Assembly (NCBI GenBank): GCA_030141605.1
Contig: JAQGDQ010000051.1
Coordinates: 372,001 to 436,000, forward strand
Reading direction: 5' to 3'
Length of the DNA stretch: 64,000 nucleotides
Source: Tubiluchus corallicola
Lineage: Eukaryota > Animalia > Priapulida
Position 1 is the stretch's first letter, and the number at the start of each line of letters is the position of its first letter. Below are positions 13,201-25,200 of this stretch, one piece after another. The position numbers and the translations under genes are program-made. The notes beneath the pieces were generated by a model. The model was not told the origin of the DNA. It saw only the letters and a program-made list of their open reading frames with translations, and made no database searches.

Positions 13201-16200
13201 GTGTTGTTATAAGAACCTATTTTGTGATATAAAAAGTCGGTAATTTGGATAATCTTGAAAGAACAATAAAGGACTGTGACTGCTGTTGACATTACAGTTG
13301 GCACTTTCCAATGCATATAGAATGAATGAATGTTTCACTATGTCATATTGATTAAAAGAGGCTCATATCTTTGAGTTTTGAACAATTTATTTTTTGTGCG
13401 ACAGTAATTAGCAAAATCAACGAATTGTTGCTGATCACTTGCTAATCAGTGAAGTAGCAAAGATAATATACAAAATAAGCAAAAACGCCATACATTGTGA
13501 TACTGACATAGCTTCTTCGTTTCTGCACAAACGGTTTTATTTTTTTCTAGTAATTACTTGTACAATGCCATCAGCACCAAAGAATGGCTATATAAGTTTA
13601 TTAAACAGAAGTACAGCGTATAGCGAAATGATCAGTTATGGCTGCAATCGTGGATATGTCTTAAATGGTGATCATGTCAGGACTTGTCTAGGAACTGGTT
13701 TTTGGAGTGGCTTACCACCAAAATGTGGAGGTTAGTATATACAACTTTTTTAATTATGAAGCACTAAACCAAAGTTTTATGATTCCATGTTACTTTATAA
13801 AAAATTCATTTTAGGGAAAAATTACCTGATGTACTGATTTCACATAATTGCATATTATTGCTCTTCCATGAAAAATATTTAGAGTTTATAAAGAATTTTC
13901 ATTTTTTAAGTGGCACATACACTTTAAAAAAAACGTCAAGCATTGACTCATAATTTTGACGGATCAAACCACCTTTGATATTTTTTGACACATCATCAAT
14001 ATTTTGATGGATTTGTGGGCTCCTGTCAAAATTTTGAACAAAATTTCATTTCGTACGCGACCGCCGAGGTGTGAGGATCACCATGTCTGGGAAAAAGCAT
14101 AAGAAAAGAAGTTTCTCATTGAAGTGATAAATGTGTACAAGACCTTGCCAGCCCTGCAAATTAAATCGCCCGATTACAGTAATCGAGACAAGAAAGTTGC
14201 TGCGTACGACATGAAGAAATATTGTGAGTTTTTCACTTCCACAGCGGTAGAAGATGTGGAAAGGAGGCTGAACACTTTGAGAACGAATTTCCGCAACGAA
14301 CTTCGCAACATAGACAGAAGTGCCAAATCAGGTGGGGGAACTGAAGACCCTGTATGTGTGAAATGCGTGGTTCATCGATGCCTTGATGTTCTTACGAGAC
14401 TAGGAGACTCCTGCCCATCTGACGCAGCTTTTCGTTGGAGTCCAAAGCGAGAATTAGTGCAATGGCCAACGATGCATCCATGTCAAAGATTTTGACAACA
14501 CTGATTTTTGATGGAAAAACATTGAATTGTGTATGGGAAATTGTGCATCAAAATTTTGTATCAAAATTCTCCGTCAAAATTTTGAGTCAAAATTTTGACG
14601 TTTTTTTTAACGTGTATGGGCCCGTTTATAGTCATTACTTTTTTTACATTAATAACTTTTGGAGGTATAAACGGCTGTAGTAGCTACTACTGCTGCTGTT
14701 CACAAATTTTAGTTTGAAGTATCGCTATTACTATTACTACATACTCGTTTGAAGTTATGTAATAATGTACGTGTTCTAGTGCTGGTGCACTTATTTTATA
14801 AGAGCCAAAAATTTCTCCATAAAACGCTTATTAGAAATGATCAAGGTTTCTAAACTTGTCTGAAGACTAAATAACCTGTTAGGAGACTTGTTTAGAGGAA
14901 GTCATGTTGTGTAGTTTATATCCCATCCTGCAATCACAGGGACAAAAAAAACAAAAAATGGACAAGAGTGAGAAGTGATCATTATACGACGAGTCAATCA
15001 TAAGACGTGAAATCACTTAATTGGCTTAATTTTTATCCGTCTTTATACAACAAAAATCTTAAATAAAAACGAAGTTTTTATGTTGAAATAATTTCCATTG
15101 CAGAGCCAGTTGAACTTGAAGCAGTTGTTTTAGGACCAGGTTCAGCACAAGGCTTATCTAAAGGAGCTATCATGGGCATACTATTTCCACTAATTGCACT
15201 ACTTCTATTAGCCTTCATCCTTGCTGCAGTTGCATTGCTTAGGTATGTATTTACATTTTGTAAACTTTATAAATTCTGTTAGGAACATCAATCGTATTTT
15301 CTAGTGTCTGCACTTTTTCGCAAGTTAGTTGACTTTAGTTAGCATTACGTCCATATAGGCTTGCTCTAAAACACTTTAGAAATATGTTTTAAGACAAATA
15401 ATCAAACATTAAGAGCAGAGGAAAATAAAACTACATTGCAGGATCACCTAAGAATATTGCCCAAAAATTTTCACAACCAAACGTGTTTTCACATTTATTC
15501 ATATACGTTAAAGCAGGGGTGTGCAAACTGCGGCCCACCCAGACAGCGGCGGACAGATCTTGTGCGGCCCATGAAGAGGTTTGTCAATGTAATGAAAGTG
15601 CGGCCCATGCGATCCAGCTGAAGTCCACGCCACTATCGCAAAGATAGTGCGGGTAGTTTTTTCCTCTAGATTGGATGGCATTAACCCTTACAAGACCGTT
15701 GTCACTTAATGTCACTGTCGGACATGGCGAAATTTAACGTTGCTCACTTGGAACACAAGAAAGCGATGTAATCACAGAACACAGCAAACTATCAAGGAAG
15801 CCGCCATTCAAACGCTCAAATGTGCAAGAAATGCGAGAAGCAATCTGATTGGCTGGTAGGAAGACCAATTAGTCAATCTCTAGGCTTCTATTATCGGGCC
15901 TGTTGATCTGTCCAGTCGTCTTTTTGGTCATGGCAGGTAGAACATTTTGACTTGGGTATTTTACAAAATAAATGATAAATAAATAAATTATAAATAAAAT
16001 CATAAGGTAACCATGATCTACCTACTATGAACAAGAATACGACTGGGCAGACCAATTTGTAAGTAGCCAGCAAGCTGAAAAAGTGTGGTCACCCCTGATA
16101 TAGGGGGATTCCCAGATTTTAGTTTCAGCTTAGGCTTAGTAGTACATGCCTCAATCAGTGGCTATTTCATCGTTTCATCAGATGTAGTGTTCTTATAGAT

Positions 16201-19200
16201 TAGAATCATGGATAAGAAAAAGAGGATGATTGAAGAAGAACAGCGAGTCAAGACAGATTAACATGCACTGTACTACACAGACTGTGTAATACACATTGCT
16301 AATATGCATTGTAATGAAATTACCACTATCTGTCGTGAAAGTAGAAATATATGGTTTTTAATATAAATTTTGATAACTTCTAAAATAGTTTCTTGAGTGT
16401 AGTAGTGCAGTAGTAATGATGTGCGCAAATCGGATGCAAAAAATATCGTTATTAGGTCCTACTGTATTTGGCTTCTTGATCAAACTGCATGTGGCCCACA
16501 GGAATTGCGGGAATGTTTAATGTGGCCCGGCTAGTTAGATAATTTGCACACCCCTGCGTTAAAGTAATGATCGTAAGTCTCATCATTGTGAATTTTGCTA
16601 ATTTAGACCACATGCCTTGGAAAATTGCACATTTTATGGCCCTTACTAAATTTATATACTGGCAAAAAACAGCAAACAATTGTTGTTGCAGTTAGAATGG
16701 CGTAGAAAAAAATATTTGGTTTTTAAATTATAATTGGGTGTCAGTTTTATAATTTTACAGTTTTCTATACTTTGTTCAAAATTTATCTCAGTATACACAT
16801 GTTGGTCATACTGTTATGGTTGCAAACATTTTGTTGCTGTTTTACTCCATTAAATCGTGAATAAAAAAATCAAACCTTTTTGTAGACGCCGGAAAAAGCT
16901 GAGTGGGTCAGCAGAAGCAATTAATGAATCACTTGTAAAAACATTGAGCATTGATATACCTAGAGCTAAGAGCAATGTAAACCACAAACAAAATCAACTT
17001 AACTTTGGCTTCTGGAAAGCTGGCAAACGGGTGGGTATCATAATATATAATGTATAATATGTTTTTTTATTATGTGGTTTCCCCAAGCACCAGGTTCGGG
17101 TTCCAGTAATTTAAAATTCTTTTTTTTTAAATCATTCTTCAAATAAATATTTAATAACTTAATTGGATATGGAAGGTGGAGGTGTATTATCAAAAACAGT
17201 TCATGCTAGAACAAAACACATGTTTTACTTGTATAGATTATTTAATAAAGAAACATGTATTATTTAAAACATAGTATGATGATGGTGGTAGTGAGTTCTC
17301 TAGATCAGCAATGGGAGTCTCAGATTTAACAAGACAAAGTGGAAACTCTAGTGAAGCTGTCCCAGCATCAAGGTACCTCATTTGCCTGTTGTTAGCTTTG
17401 TTATTGCTTCTGGTTAAACAGTAGTCTGTGACAAAATTTAACAGAACTTAGAGACAAGGTTTCACTAAAAAAACTTCCCTTAGACATGCGTGTGTGGTAC
17501 GCTTACTCGAAATAGTATAAAAGTTTACATGTGGTAGTCATTGCCAGTTTAGTCACACTGAATACAGCCAACAACTTGATAGCGTAATCATATGAGTAAA
17601 ATTTCATATTTTTACATAAACAGACATGCATCCAGTGTGCTTTAGTAAAGATGCATGACTTTGTTATAATATTCGCCTGACATGACCATGCCTGTGAAGC
17701 CATTGGCACAAATTCCACATTTCCTCAAATCCTTTTTCACTTTTTCTAAGAAAACAAAAATACATAATGCTATGCACGTATTGCTTCGAACACCTGATTT
17801 GACAATTACAGTTTTACACTATGTATAGTTATTGCTACTAAATTGTGGCATACAGAAAGGCAAATGCGAACATGAGCTATTTCTGGTTACTTCTCCAGAA
17901 GCTTCTTGAGAAAGGTTAATTATGTGCAAATTATACGCAGTACGCAATACTGCACATATCGCATGTTAAATATATCGACTATCTGCATATAGTACACTTG
18001 TAATAAACCTTTATTTTTCAGACTGTTCACCTCTTTATCTTTATTTCTTGCTAAAAAAGACTCAATTTTCCTAACAAGACACTGTTTTACAGAAATTATT
18101 AGATTTCTAAGGACTGTCTGAAAAAATGCGAAATTATCCATTTTTTGATTAAAATATCAAATTACTGATAAAGTGAGTACTGGTTGCACTTTAGGTCTTG
18201 TAAAGCTGGCTGTTATATGTTTGTATGAACGGTTACATATATATAATTTCCATGACTACATCTCCAAAGGCTACACCATTCTTGGCAACCTGCACATCTA
18301 ACGAAATGCCATTATCCAAAAATTACTACCCTAAATGTCTTAAGGGGATGGTTACTGTATAATATATAGTCTGGTAGGATTATTTACATGAATCTTAGGA
18401 AAGACTTAATGTTTATGCTTTGCTGAGTAAGCTTTTGGTAAAAATATTTTCAAATTAAACAAAAATTACTATGTTTCCATTAATATTATGTCCAGAAGAT
18501 TAGTATTATGTGGAATATAAATAATACTGATATTTGCTTTATTTTCGTTGCAGCTATAGCGATATTCCTTATAGAGAATAACTTCGTAATTGCTAAAATT
18601 TTGAAAGTTATTGTTAAGTTAACAGTCTAAATGGTAGTAATGTACTAAAAATAGCCCATGCCAACTCCTTTCCTGTGTTTTTCAGTTTTGCATTTCAAGG
18701 AAGTGGCATGCCCGTGTTACTGTCAGGTGACGGTCCCCATATAGTTTATGACACGTCTGGTCATCCTGCGGGTTTTACTGGTGAAACATCTGAAGAAACT
18801 TCAACATCAGGAGGGTCTGAGCATGCTGAACATGCACTTCTCATTCCTAGAGCTTCCATTGATCCTGGTAACCCAGTCCGACCACCAAGAAAAAATGAAA
18901 CAAGGCGACTTGATGAAGCCTTTTCATCAAATAAAGAAAGACAAGATATTATTGAGTATCGAGATCAAAATGAAGAAACTAAAGATCAAAATATTTTCTG
19001 CAATGATGTCAACTTATCAAGGTATCATTTTATTTAATTTGATGTAATGAATGTGTTACTGCTGTTGAAAGAATATTTTGGCCTGCATCATTTTAAAACC
19101 GATATTAAAATATATAAAACAGAATATTGAAATAATTTTCATTTACTGAAATTACTCAAAACTACTATACAAGTAATATAAACTAAAATAATTTCAGTAT

Positions 19201-22200
19201 CTTTTCAGTTTGTTATGTCCAGGTAATTAGATAAAATAAATAATTTTTAATTAATTAAAACTGTCATAAAATAAACTTCAGATATTAAAGTTCAACTACA
19301 TTCTCATATTAAGGGCAACAGTGTGACAGTATCATAAAAATAACATTGGCAATCTTCAAAATTTATAAAAGAAGGTAAGAAACCGACGTTTGCGTAGTGT
19401 AGCTCGCTGCCGCTTCAGGTGGACTAAAAGCACATAAGCATCAATGATTGTTTTTACTAATTTGTTACTGTCATAAAAATTCTGATTGCTCTTCAGTTGA
19501 CTTTGTGGTGATTTTAATTACTCAAAATTTTCATAACTGACAAGCACGTATTAAAGGGAGCAGAGTTTGCATGTCTGCTCTTTAGAGACGGCCAAACAAC
19601 TGCATGGACTTTAATAAAATCTATACTAAGGAAATATACTAAGAGCACTGGAATGGACTTGTGGGGGGGGGAGCGCAGTGTATGTCCAAAATGCCAGCCA
19701 AATTATGTATCTTTACTAGATATCTGAAATATCACGTATCAATATCTCGAGGTAGGGATGACATCGATTTTGATATTTGACACCAAATTATTGCATTAAT
19801 GAGAATAAAGTTTGGCATCAGTAAGGCGTGGGTCACTGAGTCGGACACAGAGATCACCAATATACCTCTCTTCTGATTTTTTTGCTATCCTAAAATATGT
19901 CCCTAACCTAGTATATAGAATGGTTAAACTGCCTAGTCTACAACCTATCAACCAAAGTGATGAACTCTTTCAACCAAATATAGGAATCATATCTGAATTC
20001 TTGTATCATATATCATATTTAAATGAGAAATGTGAAAGTACATGTTGTAACATGTAATTTTGAAACTAACTGATACCAGTATTAGAGAACTGTAATGTAT
20101 ATTACAGTTCATATATGTGACATGTATGAAAACTGTAATGTATCACGAAAGTTCACATTTTACGTTGTCGGTTGTTAATGATGACTACGTTTAAAGTACA
20201 AGACTCTTTATAAATCAAGCTTAAAAAATCGTATTGAAATTTGATATCACTTACATTCTGTCTTATTTTGCTGTGTGCACAGAGCTTGTATTAGCAGTAA
20301 CGCTAAATAAAACTTGAAAATGTAAATTTCCGCAATAACTGTTAAGTGCAGCCATTTGAGGCTAAATTGTTTGGAATAAGTTTAGATCGCATTGCGTAAA
20401 ATTTGAAAAACAATCAGAGCATTTGTAGTGCACACTTCATTAGCTAAGAAAAAGTTTAAATTACTTTATATTGTCAGTAACATCAATAATGTGTTTTTTT
20501 GGGTGAGTGAGTGGTGCACACTGGGATGGCGATGCACCTCATTTTAACCAGGTGGCAAGATTATTTTAAATTATTAACAATTTTCTTTTCTTATTACATA
20601 AGTCTTTTCAAACAGGTAAGCATAATACAAAGTAATTTAACTATCCTTGGGAAATTTTTTGGTTCATACCTGTGTCACTGAAATTGAGATTACGCTGTTT
20701 ATTTGCAGGTCATCACGAATGCAGGGTCCTTTATCTGATGATAGTGCAATGACTACTGCTGTCATTCATCATACTATAACTGAAACTGAAGAAACAAGAG
20801 AGGAAACTCACATCAGAGATCATTTTGAAGACAGCACATTTGATGGTGATGCCAATCGAAGTCAACCCGAATCTGACTACGTTCCTGGTAATTTGTTTTT
20901 TTCATGTTACTCTTGAAGAAAAGGATAAATCACTTAGCATGTTGGGTTTATTTTACTGTTATTACTTAAACTTAGAGAAATTTAAAAAGAAATTTGCAAA
21001 AAACTGCCTATAAAGCATAAAGTTAATTTATATTACCGCTGTATAGAAATTTTCCGGGGTGCTGATAGCCACATTCACTTGCAAATTATGATAACTGGTG
21101 GACTTTGTGACTTTTCATAAACGCATCGTTGCTTTCCGTAAACATGTGCCACTTAAACTAATTTAAACTTCTGCAGTTTACCTAATGTTTTGCAAAAATA
21201 TCACAAAATTAGCTATCTAAACTTTGTAAATAGCGAATTATTATACGTTTGACTAAAATTGACAGTGTGCTGTTTTTCTTCAGTCGATGAATGACGTCGT
21301 TGCTGGTAGAATGAATGTTCGAAATGGAAGTGCACACACTTGAAATGATTATGATTTTAAAGTGATTTTACTACTTACACGAGGCGCTTATCGCACTTTT
21401 ATTACTAAATCCTTCTAACATCTTTTGCAAACATTGAAATAAGCCTCACTTTTTAGAAGGCTTTTTCCTTTCCTTTAAAACAACCAATGCATATGGTAAG
21501 TCAAAATTCCAGCAATTACAAATAGTCGATTTTCGTAGTTTTGCTCCAGAAAACATAGGTTTTGCTAGTGAGTCTCTGTTTTGCTCAGATTACGGTTGGT
21601 TTGTGATTTGTTTCCCGAAATGACGGTTTTTGCTTTCAAACGACAGTTTGGCTTAGAATACTGTAGTTTTGTGGTGAATAATAAACCTATTTATGATTTA
21701 GTAATTTACAAGTTTATTTTCAGGTTATGCTGAGTTGAAACAAGTTCGCAATGAAATGCAGAGGTTTGATATACAGCGTCAACCACAGCAGCAATATAAA
21801 CATGGTCAATACGACATCTTGCCTGTGCCAAAGTCCAGTGAAGGAGCCGAAATTATATCAGATTCCATGCGCAAGCGGAAAGCTGATGTTATGAAAGTAA
21901 GTGATTAAAAACTACAGAAAATATTATAGCATTTTTTATACCGGGGTTGTCAACCACATGGAAAATCCTGTCCCTTAGCTATCGGCCAAATTTAGGGTTT
22001 CAGGAGAGACTACAGATCAGGAGCCTCAAACCTTTGAAATATTGACCTTTCTACAAATTGTTAATATATACAGACCTTCACACAATGTCACAGATTATAA
22101 AGTATAACAAAAAGTTATCATGCCTCATTTTTATTTTTCACAGTACAAATAGAAATTGTTGTTCTTCAATAAGCATTTTCTTGCAGTTACTACAGCAGGG

Positions 22201-25200
22201 ATGAACAATGGAAATGTACCTGTCCTTTTAAAAATCTTATTATGCACAAAAATGTGTTTTAGTATGATTTATATTTTTTACATTATTATTGTCTTTTAGA
22301 AATATTTTTAATTGTGATTTTTAACTATGCTTTCTTTACTATTCTACGGTACTTTTTATGTACTGAAATAAGCGTAAAATAAAAAATAAATAATGAAATA
22401 CGTATGAAGTTTGGTTAACTTGTTTTACTGAGCTTCTGGCTATTATCTCTGCTGTGTGAATAATCTCAGCAGTGAACTAAATGTTTTTTTCTGTTTATAT
22501 TTCAGGAATTGTCAGTTTCAGCTTTATATGCAAGAGTGCATAAGAACAGGCACAAAAATCCAGGCAGTAATGCACGTGCACCTAGTGGAATTGGTGATGC
22601 TGCTATTAACACCTATGAAACAAGAGAAACCTCAGAAACTGTAATTGAAGAAGAAGAAAGGAGAGAGTATCAGTCTCACTTTACTCCTGAAGAAAATGTG
22701 CCATCTAATATGCCACCATTCTTCGGTAATGTACAAAAAGTGAATGTGATAGCAGCACCTCCGGAACAATGGTACAAAACAGAGACAGGGTCATACTCTG
22801 TTGAAAGTGAATTCCATGGTCCTGTGATGATACAGACTGAGAGTGTTCCATCTGTCCGTAGCTCAATCCAGCATGAGAATGTAGCAGATGAATCTCACTA
22901 CACACGATACATAAAGAATAATAGTGAAGCAGGTGCTAATCATGGTGATAGAATATATCGCAAGAAGAGCTCAGTATGTGGTAGTGCAGGCGGATTGATG
23001 ATACCACGAAACAGAAACAGTCATACTACTACAGCCAGCCATCACAGTCAACATTCTACTGGAGGATCCAGCATTGATTATGGTCCGATGTATGCCAATC
23101 TTGATGAAATTGAATATCACGAAATTATGCCTGTAAACGGCGAAGACTCATCAATACGAAGTGAAAATCATGCAAAGGAGATCTATTCACAATCATTGCC
23201 ATCCAAACAGGGTAGTGATTCAATAAAATACAGTGATCCTTCTTCGTACGAAGGCAACACGATGGCAAATGTCAACATTGAAGAATCTCAGGTTTGTTTT
23301 CTTCAGTTAAAGTTAATTTTGAAAATATAGGGGACTAACATTTTTTGTAGAGCAAACTTAGCACTCAAGCAAATAGGTAAACGTATATTGTTGTATAGTA
23401 AATCCATGTAATGCATCGTCAGTATTGCCCATAAAATATTGGACAGCTGATTTAACTGTGACACATAGAGCTCTAAGCTATGTTAGCAAAATGGCATTAA
23501 ATATAGTAGTTACTTGACATTTCTTAGTGCATTCTTGGTTCTAATGTAAAGATACAGAACTTAAGCCTGATTTCTTACTCCAGGGATAATTTATTACTTA
23601 GTCCTTATAGTATTACAAATATGAAAATCAAAACTAGAGTAACTTAGTGATGAAGAACTTTTTATTCGAAACATTTTAACAAACGAGTTTAGCATCCCAT
23701 TAAAATACGAGCAAACAGTATGTATCAATGGCACATGAGATATTCAGAAACATGGTATTACACGTTAGATCTAATTTATTCTCAATTCTTAATAATCAAA
23801 AACATTTAAAATTTTCAAAACTTTTACCTGAAGGCTGGACATCTCTGTGAGTTTATATATTACACATTTATACTAAACTCTGTAAAATTCTGATAACATC
23901 TAATTGCCATTTGTTATTGATATTTGTTCTCATTTTATTGCTTGGTGTCATACTTTGGTAAAAAATCTGACTCCCATTATGGGAAATCAAGATAGCATGT
24001 TTTTATGTGTGTTATATCTCATGTGCCCTTTGTATAATTTGTTTGTCAATTTTATTCACACTTTGATTGCAAATGATGATTAAGTAAAGAAATTGAACAA
24101 TTGGAAAAAGCAAAGTGACTTATTACTAAACAACAAACTTATTAGTTGAATTTGCCATTAAAATCACATAAATATAAAATTGTGTTAGACCTGCCAACTT
24201 TCATGCAGTAGGCATGTGTAACATGTATTTTAATTGTTTCACACGCGTAAAATTTCATCTCTCATGCATTAAGCAACGTCACCCTCAACGCAGCTATCAG
24301 TACCAGCCTCAGTAATACCGTACCAGTCACAAGTCTCATGACGTATATTGTACTGAAGGATTACAATTGAAAATTAAGCATTGATCTTTTTCCATATATG
24401 CAAAAGAACATAATTTGTATGCGAAGTATAATGACTTTACAATAAGAGCACAAGAAAGCTGAGTAATACCCTAAACATTATCCCCATTTTTACTTTTTGG
24501 CCTTAATTTCTTGATGTTTTGATTTGACTGCCAAAATGCAAAAATGATGAGCTATGATTCAGTAAGTAAACAATATACATGTATTGTCAATATTTTATAA
24601 TATAATGAAATTTGAGTGGTAGTACAACAGAAGAAAATTAATACAAATAAATTCATTCAGTCATTACTTGAGTGCCAATAAACTACTTACAGTGATATAG
24701 AGAATATTGCTCATTTACTGAAATATACTGTTGCTAGTATGAATTGCAACAGGATAAAAAGAATTAAAAGTCATTGTGGTTTAAGCATTACAGTGAACAG
24801 TATCTGTGGCCAGAGGGGAATCATTACAGAAAATTTGTTACTTGGATGACATTCGTCATTAATGATAACTTGGGCCCTCTTTGCAACTCTCGTTTTGTAC
24901 AAATGTGACATAGGTTGCTGTTCAATTCCTATAATTTTTGAAGATTCCTGTTCTTTCTACACTTTACACTAATTTTTACATCAAATAGTTGATAGGTCTG
25001 TTGCTTAGGTATATCAGCTGTAACTAAAAGACATAAACCAAACACTAAATACGTTCTTACCTATAATTAAGACTTTTTGTTCTTCGAATATTTATCAGTC
25101 ACGTTCTACCAACTCCTGTCTTAATGACCACTAGAAGTAAGTCAGGTTTTGAATATTTTCAGAGATTTAAAATTGCCGCCTGAATCTACACGCAAAAAGA

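Noticed and set aside
23729-24027. 13-bp inverted pair GGCACATGAGATA / TATCTCATGTGCC
   Set aside because: Short match with no TSD; may be an old MITE but cannot be supported.
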